The position numbers and the translations under genes were made by a program. A stretch of 64,000 bases of DNA from IMG/VR virus record IMGVR_UViG_3300049629_001293, positions 1 to 64,000 of that record. One strand, 5' to 3'. This document shows positions 9,631-20,638 of the stretch, piece after piece; the first letter of the stretch is position 1; each line of letters opens with the position of its first letter. A model generated the notes under the pieces. It was not told the DNA's origin. It did not search any database and saw only the letters and a program-made list of their open reading frames with translations. The stretch is from a virus (lineage: Duplodnaviria > Caudoviricetes).

Positions 9631-12600
9631 ATGATTATTCAAAGACATCGAGACGAGTTCCTGGCTTCAGCTATTCATCCCCATATTATCGACTTAAACT
9701 TTGAGTCACTCAAGGGACAGGATGCTCTTGAAGCCGTATTATACGGGGAGATGGAAGCTCTAGGGAAAAAATCACCCCACTCGCTTCAGTACACCACAAC
9801 CCCCCTCAAGAGGCTTTTTGAACGCTTCAAGCACCTAGAGGACGGGGGGTGGAGTTTTAGGGGCATTGATCCTCTCAACTGTTCCCAATATATGAAATGG
9901 GGATGTTTTAAAGCCGATAGACCTCGCTATAGTTTCAGCGACCTATTGAAGATGATTAAATACGAGCATCCGGGGAAAGTGCCTACACGAGCATTTTTCG
10001 TGGTGCCATCCTGGGAGATTGGGGTAAAAATAGCCATCAAAGCGGGTGAGCAGTATATTGAAAGCTACAAGTCCCGATGTCCGCAAGGGGACTTTGATTG
10101 GAGTGAGGGCGATCGCTACTTTTGGGAGTGGGCAATTGAGATCAACTTGCCAATCACGATCACCGAGGGGGCTAAGAAAGCAGCGTGCTTGATATCGGCG
10201 GGATACGCTTGCATCGGATTACCTGGGATTACTGGGGGAGTGCGGACTAGCCGAGAGGACGGTAACGGATTTAAGGAGAAGTGCGCTCCTTACCTGATTC
10301 CTGAGTTAGAGATTTTTGTGACGACAGGGCGACGGGTGAATATTGTTTTTGACCATGAAACAAAAATCAAAACCATTCGCAACGTCCAAAGGGAGATAAA
10401 TAAATTAGGTGAGCTTTTTCAGAAGGACAAACGGGATGTCCGTGTGATCAGTTTTCCTGGGCCAGAGAAGGGAGTTGATGATTTTATCATGGCGCATGGA
10501 GAAGAAGAATTTGATCTTCTATATAACAAGGCTCCTGATTATCGGATTTATCAATTCAACAGAGGGTGGCAACTAACCAAGACTCCGACATTGACCCTAA
10601 ACGTTCGATATTTGGGAGATTTACCCACTCCTACTACTGGGCCTGTTTTTATCTACTCAGGCATGGGAACAGGGAAAACTAAACGGCTAGAACCTATCGC
10701 CCAGGATGCTATTGCTAGTGGGCGGAGGGTTTTGGTGATTACCCACAGGGTTGAACTTGGGCGGGCAATCTGCAATGCGGTGGGTGTGCCTTGGGTTGAG
10801 GAGTGCAAGGGAAGCATTGAGGGGAAAAACCTGGGGTACGGGTTGTGTGTAGATAGTTTACACCCACTGAGCCAAGCCAATTTTAACCCAGAGGATTGGG
10901 AGGGTGCGGTGGTGATCATAGATGAAGTTGAGCAAGTCCTTTGGCATTTGTTCAATTCAACAACCTGTGCCGAAAAACGGACAGCAATCCTTTCAAGTCT
11001 GGAAACGTTACTGAAAAGCGTTCTAACAACGGGAGGATTATTAATTGCCCAAGATGCCGACCTTTCAAATTACTCAATTGACTACCTTACGGAATTGTCG
11101 GGGATTGAAAATCTGGAACCCTACATTGTCGTCAATAAATACAAAGGAAACGGGCGCAAGGTTCGTTTCTATAGCCATAAAGTCGAAGCACTCTATAAAG
11201 AGATAGACAAGCAAATTCGTGAAGGCAAGCGAATGATAATCGTGGAGGATAGCCAAAAAGTTAAAGGCAAGTTCTCGGCAATCAATATGGAATCACACAT
11301 CCGCAAGAATCATCCCCACGTCCGTGTTATTCGGATTGACTCGGAGACTGTATCAAATCCAAATCACCCGGCTTTTTGCTGTGCAAAAAACATTGACACG
11401 GTGATTGAATCGGGTCAATATGACGTTGTGATTGCTTCCCCCACAATCGGGACAGGTGTATCTATTGACCTCAAAGGCTATTTTCACAGCGTGTTTGGGC
11501 TTTTCAAGGGAGCGATCGCCACAAACGATGTCCTCCAGATGATGTCGCGGCTTCGGGACTTGGCGGCTGAATGGCATTTATGGTGCGCTCAATACGGGTG
11601 CAGCAAGGTTGGGAATGGGTCATCTGGCGCGCACGTCCTCCTTGAATCTCAAGATCGGGTGACTCGCAAGCATATCGAAATCTTAGAGAAATACGACAGG
11701 GCAGGATTTGATATCGACACCCAAACCGACACACGGCACACAAGTGCATGGGCTAAGTATGCGGCACGAATCAACGCAGGGCAGTGGAAATACCGAGAAA
11801 CGGTTCTTTACCTATTGAAACAGGAAGGGCATGATGTTTCCAATTCGGATGATTCTCAAATGCGGTTTGACGAGGATAGATTAGCTTCTGAAGAAGCGAT
11901 CGCCCGACAAATGGGGGATTTAGAGAAAGCCGACGATATTCAATACGAACGGGGACGGATTGAAGTCATCACGGACGAGCTTGACAGTAAGATTCAGGTA
12001 ATCAAAGCCGAGGCGGAGGAGATTCGCACCCAGAATCGGGTGGCGAACGCCGAGGTAATCACGAACGCGGAGGATATTTCGTTCTCTAAATACGAGAAAC
12101 TGCAAGACAAGAAAGCCAAAACCCCAGAAGAACTGGCGGAGCAGCAAAAATACTACCTGAAGGACACATATAAAATAGATGTCACGCCAGAGCTTGTCTT
12201 AAAGGACGAGGACGGTTGGCTAAAACAGCTACGATTGCACTATTTCTATATGAATCCTGAGCAAGTTCATGATCGGGATGCCAATCACATCAAAAATGCG
12301 GTACAAAACGGGGATGGGCAAGTCCACCTGCCGGACATCAAACTTTATAGTGCCTGTGTTGAAATTCTCAAGTTGATGGAACTGGATCGATTCCTGAACG
12401 GAGAGGAATTTACTAATGAATCCGAATTGATCCAAAAACTAGGCAAAATCTTCAAGGAACAGGGGCGAGAGATTCGGGAATATTTTAAGGTAGGGCCGAC
12501 AGGCTTGACCCCGATTGCTCAGATCAACCGATTTTTCAAAGATACTATTGGACTAAGAATGTCTGGGCGGCAAATCCGTGACGAGGAAGGGAATAGAACA

Positions 12601-13203
12601 AGAGCTTATTCCTTCAAAGGCTTTGAGGATGGACGTTCTGTGGTTTTTGAAGCCTGGGATAAAAATGTAGCCCAATATACCAATAACGAGATAATGGCTG
12701 TCACACCAAAACATAATAGAAGATTAATAAAAAACACTGACACCACTAATAAAATTCAGTGTGATCAAATTCAGTGTGATCATGGAGAAGAAGGAACACC
12801 CTTTCCAGTAGATATAAAGCGGGGGGAAGAAGCCCAGCAAGTAGCGATTTCATTGACCGAGCCAGAAGAAGCTCAAAACACTCCCAAAGATTGGCAAAAT
12901 CAGGGGAGTGCGGTGGGTTCCGGTACTTTGGTAGAGGCGGTGTCGAATAGTTGGAAGGGTGTTGTGCGGCTGGTTAAGTCGGTCTTCCCTGAATGTTGGG
13001 TAGCTAAGTATGAAGTCAGCTTCCTAAAACGAAACCTCTTGCTAGAGACAGCAGGGAAGGCATTTACAATCGACTCACCCACCGCACAATGGGTTCATAA
13101 CGCATTAGACCCCGATGGTGGTGCATGGGCTTTCCAGGGCTACATAGAGGGCAGTACGCAGATGTACACAATCCCTCTGGGATGCCTGGATTTCAATCCA
13201 TAA
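9631..13203 (+). CDS. DUF3854/Toprim primase plus helicase-like replication initiator (cyanobacterial plasmid CyRepA type)
   Basis: KYEHP, ITEGAKKA, VFD, KGVDD Toprim motifs; SGMGTGKT Walker A; IIDEVEQ Walker B; SPTIGTGVSID. Confidence 0.88.
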   Translation: MIIQRHRDEFLASAIHPHIIDLNFESLKGQDALEAVLYGEMEALGKKSPHSLQYTTTPLKRLFERFKHLEDGGWSFRGIDPLNCSQYMKWGCFKADRPRYSFSDLLKMIKYEHPGKVPTRAFFVVPSWEIGVKIAIKAGEQYIESYKSRCPQGDFDWSEGDRYFWEWAIEINLPITITEGAKKAACLISAGYACIGLPGITGGVRTSREDGNGFKEKCAPYLIPELEIFVTTGRRVNIVFDHETKIKTIRNVQREINKLGELFQKDKRDVRVISFPGPEKGVDDFIMAHGEEEFDLLYNKAPDYRIYQFNRGWQLTKTPTLTLNVRYLGDLPTPTTGPVFIYSGMGTGKTKRLEPIAQDAIASGRRVLVITHRVELGRAICNAVGVPWVEECKGSIEGKNLGYGLCVDSLHPLSQANFNPEDWEGAVVIIDEVEQVLWHLFNSTTCAEKRTAILSSLETLLKSVLTTGGLLIAQDADLSNYSIDYLTELSGIENLEPYIVVNKYKGNGRKVRFYSHKVEALYKEIDKQIREGKRMIIVEDSQKVKGKFSAINMESHIRKNHPHVRVIRIDSETVSNPNHPAFCCAKNIDTVIESGQYDVVIASPTIGTGVSIDLKGYFHSVFGLFKGAIATNDVLQMMSRLRDLAAEWHLWCAQYGCSKVGNGSSGAHVLLESQDRVTRKHIEILEKYDRAGFDIDTQTDTRHTSAWAKYAARINAGQWKYRETVLYLLKQEGHDVSNSDDSQMRFDEDRLASEEAIARQMGDLEKADDIQYERGRIEVITDELDSKIQVIKAEAEEIRTQNRVANAEVITNAEDISFSKYEKLQDKKAKTPEELAEQQKYYLKDTYKIDVTPELVLKDEDGWLKQLRLHYFYMNPEQVHDRDANHIKNAVQNGDGQVHLPDIKLYSACVEILKLMELDRFLNGEEFTNESELIQKLGKIFKEQGREIREYFKVGPTGLTPIAQINRFFKDTIGLRMSGRQIRDEEGNRTRAYSFKGFEDGRSVVFEAWDKNVAQYTNNEIMAVTPKHNRRLIKNTDTTNKIQCDQIQCDHGEEGTPFPVDIKRGEEAQQVAISLTEPEEAQNTPKDWQNQGSAVGSGTLVEAVSNSWKGVVRLVKSVFPECWVAKYEVSFLKRNLLLETAGKAFTIDSPTAQWVHNALDPDGGAWAFQGYIEGSTQMYTIPLGCLDFNP

Positions 13204-13211
13204 AATAGGCA

Positions 13212-13321
13212 ATATTGTCCTGATATTGTCCTGATATTGTCCTGATATTGTCCTGATATTGTCCTGATATTGTCCTGATATTGTCCTGATATTGTCCTGA
13301 TATTGTCCTGATATTGTCCTG
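13212..13321. repeat. tandem repeat (ATATTGTCCTG)x10
   Basis: Ten perfect 11-bp units starting just after the primase stop. Confidence 0.95.
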
Positions 13322-13599
13322 CCCACAAAATCAGAATCAAAAAGGACATCGCAACACCTCAAAAAATATTTTCAGAAAACGCTTGACATATTCTGGATAT
13401 CTGTATTCGTGTGTTCCATTCTAACCTTTTTTGATTTTAACTATTGATCCACCACCCGATTTGACGATATTTGGCTATAGGATCGTTTTTGTTGAGCGGT
13501 GGCTTGCCAACTAAAAGCCTTACAAAAGCGAAGATAAAGAATAAAATAACACCAGAAGAGAATGTTTTTCCTGGTGTTATTCTTTATATTTTGTTGGTT

Positions 13600-14334
13600 C
13601 TATTTAGAAAGAATGATTATTTTCCCCCCGACGTTAGTTCCGCTTTCTTTGAATGCTCCCTGCTCAATATCTAAGACTTCCGCATCATTCTCGTCTAGGA
13701 ATTGAATAAACTGGATCTGTTTCCGTTGACTCCCGTTAAACCAGGACGTAGAACAAATCGAAACCAACCGACCACCATCATTTAAACAGTCCCACATCTT
13801 TAGGATATGGTCAATATCCTGATTTTTGGTAAATGGAGGATTGGCAATAATCCGGTCATACTTCCCCTCGCTATGATTCAGAAAATCGTCTCCTAGTAAA
13901 TTGAATTTGAGCTTGGTTTTTTTTAGGATAATGCGATTAACCTCCATCAACTCGTAGCAGTCCACCCTTACATTACAAATGGCGTTTATCGCCCGAATGA
14001 TGGCTCCTTGTCCGGCGCTCGGCTCTAATATTGAATGGTTATTATCAACCTTCGCTAGTTCAACCAAGTAGTTAGCGAGTGGGGCAGGGGTTCCAAAAAA
14101 CTGAAATTCTTTCTTGAGATTGCGATCGCCACCATTGGCAATTTCGCTTAATAATTCAGTTGGATCAGTTAAGAAAACAAATCCTTGAACTTTCCCTCCT
14201 TTCCACTTGCCACCGATTAAATTAAGGGATTTGGCAACTTCCAGATAAAGTTTTCTTTCTAACTGGTCTTCTGGGAGTTTGACGATATTCCCGTCAACGG
14301 TACATTTAGACAAAATATCTTCTTTCGTGGTCAT
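13600..14334 (-). CDS. SAM-dependent methyltransferase (probable DNA N6-adenine)
   Basis: FFGTP, ILEPSAGQGAI (motif I), IIANPPF (motif IV), GAFKESGT. Confidence 0.85.
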   Translation of the reverse strand: MTTKEDILSKCTVDGNIVKLPEDQLERKLYLEVAKSLNLIGGKWKGGKVQGFVFLTDPTELLSEIANGGDRNLKKEFQFFGTPAPLANYLVELAKVDNNHSILEPSAGQGAIIRAINAICNVRVDCYELMEVNRIILKKTKLKFNLLGDDFLNHSEGKYDRIIANPPFTKNQDIDHILKMWDCLNDGGRLVSICSTSWFNGSQRKQIQFIQFLDENDAEVLDIEQGAFKESGTNVGGKIIILSK

Positions 14335-14592
14335 AATTCCTTATGGTTCCTACTCTTTGTTGTTGGATTAGGGGTTATTCCCTATTGCTCCAATTATAAC
14401 TTAAACCCGATGAATTATCAATGACAACACCACAAGAACAAAAAGAGTGACTAGCAGGGGTTGGGTTTCGCGTGTTACGGGGTGATTAGGCTTTTTGGAT
14501 GGCAGTCCCACAAAAATCCCTTACAAGAATAAGCCCAGACACCGGACACACAGGGACTTTCAGGGATTTCTAAAAATTCTTTTAGAAATCGC

Positions 14593-14621
14593 TTGACAAT
14601 TCCTATGGTTCGAGCTATAGT
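14593..14621 (+). promoter_or_regulatory. sigma70-type early promoter, class A
   Basis: TTGACA-17bp-TATAGT; near-identical context at 29866 and 31413. Confidence 0.75.
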
Positions 14622-14711
14622 TAAAAAAGTAGAAAACAAAAGGCGAAACGGCTGGCTACCCTGCAAAAGTCACCAACCGAATCCCTCCACCTAACACAAG
14701 GCTTAAATACC

Positions 14712-15332
14712 ATGTTACACCAAACGAACCACTTAGTCAAACCCGAATACAGAAACAGAATAATTGTAGCCCAGGTTTTGACTTGGGACAATTACGGACA
14801 ACAAGAGGTGAGACCGGAAGATATCACACAGATGGCGATCAGCGATGGGATCTTAACCTACCGACTGGGGGCGAAAGCCCACCCCATAGGGGTTGATCAG
14901 TTCGACCGCTTCTGGAAAGCGATACAAGAAGCTAAAAAAGCCGAAGCCCAGAAACAAGCCCAAAAACAAGCCCAAAAACAAGCCCAGGAAGCAGCAACCG
15001 AACCCGAATGGAAAATTGAACACTCCTTTATAGACTTCGATGATACGGAAGTAGATGTAGTAAGCCGAACAATCAACGGGGTCAAAGAAACCCGGATGAT
15101 GTGGAAGGAAGACACACTTTACGACCTGGACTTTGCGATCCGCACAAGCTCAGGTGTGGTGGTCAAAGCCTCCTGGAAGTATGGACACCGCAATTCATGG
15201 TTAAACGCCTACCGAGGCCTCTGGACGGCCCGTAACCGCCAACGGAACGCGGAACGGGACGCTATTGAACAGATGGAAGCCGAACACGACGATGCCCGAT
15301 CCTACTGGGAAATGGCAGACGCAGCATATTAA
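14712..15332 (+). CDS. early protein; C-terminal half paralogous to 37816..38241
   Basis: AQKQ repeats; DFD...IRT..G.V....W......W..AY..L shared with 37816. Confidence 0.7.
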   Translation: MLHQTNHLVKPEYRNRIIVAQVLTWDNYGQQEVRPEDITQMAISDGILTYRLGAKAHPIGVDQFDRFWKAIQEAKKAEAQKQAQKQAQKQAQEAATEPEWKIEHSFIDFDDTEVDVVSRTINGVKETRMMWKEDTLYDLDFAIRTSSGVVVKASWKYGHRNSWLNAYRGLWTARNRQRNAERDAIEQMEAEHDDARSYWEMADAAY

Positions 15333-15392
15333 AATCCGAGGGGGGATTTTTGCCCCCCAAGATAGCTAACTTAGAATCTTGAAAGGAGAAAC

Positions 15393-15641
15393 ATGAACGC
15401 ATCGGAAATTAGACACGCCTTTAATAATTATGACAAAGATTATTTAACCCTCCCTGATGGCGTGGAGCTATGGGGAACAAGAGATGGTGATTGGTGGGCT
15501 ACGGGGACTAAGTGGTTCCTTCTAAAAGGCAACTCAGTTATTTCAAGCCTTTACCAACCGCCTAATGACGATATGAAAGAGGCAAAACGCCTCCGCACTA
15601 AGTGGCTTAATGAACTAATGCGGAGTGGGGAAGGACTGTAA
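15393..15641 (+). CDS. hypothetical protein
   Basis: AAGGAG RBS. Confidence 0.65.
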   Translation: MNASEIRHAFNNYDKDYLTLPDGVELWGTRDGDWWATGTKWFLLKGNSVISSLYQPPNDDMKEAKRLRTKWLNELMRSGEGL

Positions 15642-15691
15642 ACTCCCCTAGCCTTTCAAAAACAACACTACAAACGCAAGGAACTAAAACT

Positions 15692-16078
15692 ATGTCAGTA
15701 TTTATCGTTTCCGATAACCATATCAATACAATTCTGAGTTACGTTAACAACAGTCAAGGGCAAAAAAATTCATTGTTTAGTAGTTATAACTACAATGATT
15801 TGCTGAAAATTGGGAAAATGTTTATCGAAGCTAATATCGAGAGCTATGAAACTCGATACCCTAAAGAGAAAGTTGAAAGGTTTGAATATGAGCTAAAATT
15901 GTTCCCCGTCAATATCTCGGTGATGCAATTCATAAAATACATGAACTGCCTTGAATATCAATGCAATGAAGTTGAAAACTGGGAATCTACAGAAGCATCA
16001 AAACTGATAAATTGTTGGGTAAACTCGGCATACCAACATTTACCAGAATGGCAAGCCGCCAAATGGGAAATTGCTTAA
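15692..16078 (+). CDS. hypothetical phage protein
   Basis: AAGGA RBS; CLEYQCNE..W segment. Confidence 0.65.
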   Translation: MSVFIVSDNHINTILSYVNNSQGQKNSLFSSYNYNDLLKIGKMFIEANIESYETRYPKEKVERFEYELKLFPVNISVMQFIKYMNCLEYQCNEVENWESTEASKLINCWVNSAYQHLPEWQAAKWEIA

Positions 16079-16144
16079 TTGGGAAATTGCTTAATCATCA
16101 GTCATCGGTTATCAGTTAAAAACAATATAATCAACAGAGGAATC

Positions 16145-17029
16145 ATGTCATCTCAAATTGAATCAACTGAATTTTCCCCCGTTAAGTACCCCAACGGGTT
16201 AACCGTAACCAAGTCGATGACAACCCCATCAAAACCAGGCAAGAAACCCCGCGAGGTTTGGACTGTGACGGGGTTAACGCTTAACGAATACCGTGACGCA
16301 TTATATGACCTTGGTGGTCGCCCCTATCCCCGTAGCTCAAAGCATAATTTCAACTTCTGGGATGACCCCAATAGTGATATCGCAGCGTTAAACGATAGCG
16401 ATAAAACATCCTTTGCCGAACAGCAAGAGGGAATGAAAAAACGGGCGGTAGCTCGTTCAGAGCGATATAAGGAGTTAGCTCAAAAGAACTCCGATAAATC
16501 AAACGCTTATTATCAGACTTCTAGTGACGCTGTAGCAGGCATCCCCCTGGGGCAACCCATCCTAATCGGTCATCATAGCGAAGGGCGACATCGGCGCGAT
16601 ATAGCCCGTTGTCATAGTGCTATGGACAAGAGTGTAGAGCATCAAAAGAAATCGGAACACTACGAATATAAAGCAGCCGTTGCAGCCAGTAATGCCGAAA
16701 GCCACGGCATTGAGTTTATTGGCAACCGAATTGCCGACTGTGAGGCTAAAATTCGGGCTTGCGAAAAATACCCAGACACGCAGTTTTATATTCAACAAAA
16801 GAAAGAGGAAGAAGAAAAATTAGAATACTGGAAACAGAAGTTCGATGAAGCTGGCGGGTTACGGGTTGAGATTAGCAAGATAAAGAAGGGTGACTATATT
16901 AAGGTGCGGGGTCAGTGGTACACGGTAATCAGGGTTAACAAAAAGACCGTAACCCATTCATGGTTTTATGAAGGCGGAGAATGGAAAAGCCCACACCATG
17001 AAATTCAAGAGCATAAAACGGTAGTATAG
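16145..17029 (+). CDS. DUF3560 domain protein
   Basis: GIPLGQPILIGHHSEGRHRR signature. Confidence 0.8.
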   Translation: MSSQIESTEFSPVKYPNGLTVTKSMTTPSKPGKKPREVWTVTGLTLNEYRDALYDLGGRPYPRSSKHNFNFWDDPNSDIAALNDSDKTSFAEQQEGMKKRAVARSERYKELAQKNSDKSNAYYQTSSDAVAGIPLGQPILIGHHSEGRHRRDIARCHSAMDKSVEHQKKSEHYEYKAAVAASNAESHGIEFIGNRIADCEAKIRACEKYPDTQFYIQQKKEEEEKLEYWKQKFDEAGGLRVEISKIKKGDYIKVRGQWYTVIRVNKKTVTHSWFYEGGEWKSPHHEIQEHKTVV

Positions 17030-17040
17030 GGCAAAAATAA

Positions 17041-17349
17041 ATGCAACACAGACTGTACGGATTAAGAGGAGAGGCATACACCCAGGAATATAAACGGTTG
17101 TACACCGAGCTTGCTCCAGAGATCAAAACAGAAATTTTGAAACTCAAGACTTCATCGGGGAGTTTCACGATCTACGACTTTGGCAGTTTATGTATGAAGT
17201 TTGAAATCCCTGCAATAGTGATGGACGACTACCTAAACTCAATTTTCCCTCCTCCTTCTGATAGCTTCTTTTGGGGTGCAGGGACGTGGGAGAGACTTCA
17301 TAGCAATGGGGTCAAAGCCGAAGACATCGGGATAGCGTGGGGTGATTAG
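17041..17349 (+). CDS. hypothetical protein
   Basis: Operon-coupled ORF followed by a GC hairpin at about 17370-17396. Confidence 0.6.
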   Translation: MQHRLYGLRGEAYTQEYKRLYTELAPEIKTEILKLKTSSGSFTIYDFGSLCMKFEIPAIVMDDYLNSIFPPPSDSFFWGAGTWERLHSNGVKAEDIGIAWGD

Positions 17350-17449
17350 AAAGGAGATGATCATTTAGTGCCGCCCTTTTTTCGTGGAGGGCGGTGTTTC
17401 TATTTTTTGATACAATACAATTAATTAAACAAAAAGCAAGGAGAAGGCT

Positions 17450-17755
17450 GTGGAAAACAAATGTCCCAGATGTGGAAGCAAATCTTTCTATTACAATGGA
17501 ATAAGAAAGCGAAAAACAGGCGACGCACAGCAATATCGCTGCAAAAACTGCAATAAACAATGGATTGATGAACCTCTGCCAGGAGGAAGACCTCCTCTAT
17601 TGACCTCCTACGACGACGAATATTGGTGCCGGAACCATTTAGGCGTTAGAGCCAAAGCCAAGGGCTTGTGCGCGAACTGTTACGCCACTCACCGAAGAAA
17701 GGAGAGGGGAAAAGGAAAACCAGATCCCCTTGAGTCTCTATTAGTTTTAAGTTGA
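17450..17755 (+). CDS. zinc-ribbon protein (IS1 InsA N-terminal-like)
   Basis: CPRC..NG..QYRCKNC..GGRP plus a second C/H cluster. Confidence 0.65.
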   Translation: MENKCPRCGSKSFYYNGIRKRKTGDAQQYRCKNCNKQWIDEPLPGGRPPLLTSYDDEYWCRNHLGVRAKAKGLCANCYATHRRKERGKGKPDPLESLLVLS

Positions 17756-17816
17756 GGATTAGCCAATAGAAAACCCTGGTCATGCCAGGGTTAAGGTGTC
17801 TATTTTAGGCGATCGC

Positions 17817-18077
17817 TTATTTCCCGTCACCTAAAACCGCATCCTCTAATTGCTTTAGCCGCGACTCTATTGCCATGAACCTCTTGCTGTCTGGACTGGG
17901 ATTGGCAGAATTGATCGCTTCTATCCCTGCTTTTATTAAAAGTTTTAGGGTTCGCCCTTGATTGAACTCCAGCATTTTCCCAGGCGTGGGATAACTCTCT
18001 AACCCGATTTTCTCCATCTCCTCGTAGATTTCGGGAGGGCATCGGAAATTGATTGCTATAGAAGATTGTCTGTTCAT
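17817..18077 (-). CDS. putative RHH-like regulator ('INFRCP' paralog 1)
   Basis: INFRCP..I...G...YP..Q..T...L...GIE shared with 35775..36170. Confidence 0.65.
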   Translation of the reverse strand: MNRQSSIAINFRCPPEIYEEMEKIGLESYPTPGKMLEFNQGRTLKLLIKAGIEAINSANPSPDSKRFMAIESRLKQLEDAVLGDGK

Positions 18078-18482
18078 GATGGAATATGGTTTACATTATT
18101 TCCCTTATTATAGCCTATTGTTGACATTTTGCAATACATAAGTAAACCAGTAGAGTAAACTGTAATTATGTAAGAAATACTAAATGTGAATGGTTGCAAA
18201 AAAGTAAACGGATTAGGTACTATGCAAGACAGTTTTCTGAATTTTAAAAAATTAGGAGCGATCGCATGAATTATTTTATCATTAAAGCTAAAGGTGCATC
18301 TGTCTTTTGGACAGGTACTCAATGGCATCATCCAGCTAAAAGATATAAGTCAAGAAAGATAGCTGAGAATGCTATCAGAAAAACAACCAATCACTATGAG
18401 TTTAAAAGACGAGAAAAAGAAGTAATAGAAATCAATCTTCCATAAAATTCAACCCCGTAAAGTTAATTTACGGGGTCTGTTA

Positions 18483-18788
18483 TTATTTCTTTTTCTTCCA
18501 ACTTTTTCCGACTTTATTTAACAAGCCAGGAAACATTCTAGTCCAAAATATTCCCCCTATAGCAAAAGCAATCATTGTGGCTTTAGTCGGTGGATCACAA
18601 TTAAAAGGAAACCCACCAGCCCTATTGTCGAAAGTTTTATAACCAACAATATTGTCATCGTCAATATCGGCAGTTTTAGTAACTAGCCTTAACCAATTAA
18701 TAAATAATTGAGGATCGGATTCAAAAACCATTTCAACAATCCGATCCTCAATCAATCCCAACTTTTTCGCATCCATCATTTTTACCAT
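18483..18788 (-). CDS. hypothetical protein
   Basis: Overlaps the methyltransferase stop; followed by a hairpin at about 18451-18476. Confidence 0.55.
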   Translation of the reverse strand: MVKMMDAKKLGLIEDRIVEMVFESDPQLFINWLRLVTKTADIDDDNIVGYKTFDNRAGGFPFNCDPPTKATMIAFAIGGIFWTRMFPGLLNKVGKSWKKKK

Positions 18789-19333
18789 TTAGAAGTTTGA
18801 CAAACAGTTCCCCAACCCTCAAAAATTTCCTCAAATCTTTGAGGTTGTAATCCAAAATAAAACAGAGTTTGGGAGAACCTGTTTTGATTCTGTTTCTTCC
18901 CTTCCTCAGCCCGTTTAGGGGAGTAGAATGTGAGGCGAGTATGCGGGAGTATGAAGCGATCGCACTGATTCAAAGCCTTTTTATACCAGGCTGTACTGTT
19001 GTCAGTATTGGTTAACAAGAATGCTTCCGCTTCCGTCTCGTTCAGGGTTTGAATTAATTTGTCAACAACCTTCTCAACAAATCCCGCGCTGTAGGGAGGG
19101 TTTAACCAGAGTGTCTTAGCCCGTCTCCAGTTCTGTTTAAATCCATCATCTTGAATTGTGAATATCTTTTGAGCTTTTACCGTTCGGTTGGCAAGTTCAC
19201 AGCTAAAAGGGTCTAATTCAGGAAATCCATAAAACTCATGGACTAAATCAATCAAATCAGACGGGGTATAATTTTCGTTTGAATCAAGAATTACGGGTTG
19301 TGTTTCAAACAGACAAAGTTGTTGTATAATCAT
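18782..19333 (-). CDS. phage DNA N6-adenine methyltransferase (phage Dam-like family)
   Basis: ENYTP, LDPFSC, DDG...W, LWLNPPYS motifs. Confidence 0.85.
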   Translation of the reverse strand: MIIQQLCLFETQPVILDSNENYTPSDLIDLVHEFYGFPELDPFSCELANRTVKAQKIFTIQDDGFKQNWRRAKTLWLNPPYSAGFVEKVVDKLIQTLNETEAEAFLLTNTDNSTAWYKKALNQCDRFILPHTRLTFYSPKRAEEGKKQNQNRFSQTLFYFGLQPQRFEEIFEGWGTVCQTSKW

Positions 19334-19792
19334 TGTTGTTTACTCCTTTTGTGTTTAAAAGTATCTGAGATGCTCTACAAACTCAGATACTTTTTCTTTA
19401 TTATAAAGTATTAGAGATTTTTTGGTGGTTTTGCTATGTTTATTTTATCATTATTAGTGATAAAATAGTTTTTAAAATTGAGGAAATAAAAGTGACAACA
19501 GAAACAGCACCAACGGAAATAGCTACGCCGTCGATTGTAGGGTATTTACTCGACAATCAAGGGAAGACAATTAAGTGCAAAGCAACGATAAACTCAAAGG
19601 GATATATAGTTTTTTATCCCGTGGACGAGGAGTGCGATCGCAATACCAACAACGACTGATTATGTTAATGTTTTCGTGTTATAATAATATTGGTGGAAAG
19701 ATTCTCTCTTAAAGTTACCCGGCATCCGCTTGGTGGCTTTTTGTTTTATGGGTTTAGGTGTTAGAATATTATTGGAGAGATCAGAGGGAGAA

Positions 19793-20638
19793 ATGCCAAC
19801 GACGACTGATTATGTTAGTTCGGTTTCGTTACTGCCAACACTGGAATTTCTGGAGCTAGTAGGCAAGAAACAATGGGACTCAACCGTTAGTTATGGCTTA
19901 GGAATATCAACTATTGTCCCGATGTTTCACTCCACAACCAACTCGGAATGGCTATGCCTAAACTCTGAAGCCGAGTTTTTGAACTCACCCATAGGGACAG
20001 TATCAATCAAGAATCCTTTTGCCTACACCCGACCGGAATCGTCCCCAGTTTATATTGGCTATAAGGATATTTCCATCCCATCTACTAAGGTAAATAAAGC
20101 CAAATCACTCTATTTGTTCAGGATAGATGAAGATGGGATAAACGAAGTTATTATGGTTTCTAATTATGACAAGAAACCTGACAATGTTACCACCGCACCG
20201 CCATTGGATTGCTTCTCTAGGGAGTGTCTGACGTGGTTTAGTAGCGATGTTGATTGGTTTACGGGGTTCGGCGTTACCTCTCAGTCTCTGGCTTCGTTTG
20301 TGGTAGATGACAATGGGATTATATTAACTAAGTCTAGCGATATTTTAGCGGGGGTAATTCCTGAATCGGTGACAACGGTTGACTATACTAATATTCAAGT
20401 TTTAAATACAGTCTCAGAGTTGACCCCGTGGGTTTCTATTCAGTTATCAACAGGGGTTCAGTACATGGGTTCGGAAGATGATAAAGCTAATATCTTATTT
20501 TTGTTTTCGGTAGACAAAGACGATGATTCATTAGTGGCTTTTGCTCACGGATATACAGCACCAGGAAAACAAGGTTTTCTTTATGATATTATTGAAACAC
20601 AAATCTATTTTGATACTAGCGAGATTATAATTATATGA
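19793..20638 (+). CDS. hypothetical protein (possibly structural)
   Basis: GAGGGAG RBS; beta-strand-like composition; ATGA overlap with the next gene. Confidence 0.6.
   Translation: MPTTTDYVSSVSLLPTLEFLELVGKKQWDSTVSYGLGISTIVPMFHSTTNSEWLCLNSEAEFLNSPIGTVSIKNPFAYTRPESSPVYIGYKDISIPSTKVNKAKSLYLFRIDEDGINEVIMVSNYDKKPDNVTTAPPLDCFSRECLTWFSSDVDWFTGFGVTSQSLASFVVDDNGIILTKSSDILAGVIPESVTTVDYTNIQVLNTVSELTPWVSIQLSTGVQYMGSEDDKANILFLFSVDKDDDSLVAFAHGYTAPGKQGFLYDIIETQIYFDTSEIIII

Noticed and set aside
13212-13321. Possible CRISPR array (also 36230-36313 and 30449-30529)
   Set aside because: Units are contiguous with no unique spacers, and there are no cas genes
13105-13362. ORFs with repeated GQYQDNIRTIS
   Set aside because: Artefact of translating the 11-bp tandem repeat
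14640-14700. c-di-GMP or other known riboswitch in the leader
   Set aside because: Does not match any aptamer consensus I can verify; only the shared leader motif is reported
17450-17755. IS1 element (also 32334..32600)
   Set aside because: Only an InsA-like zinc ribbon; no DDE/InsB frame or terminal inverted repeats seen
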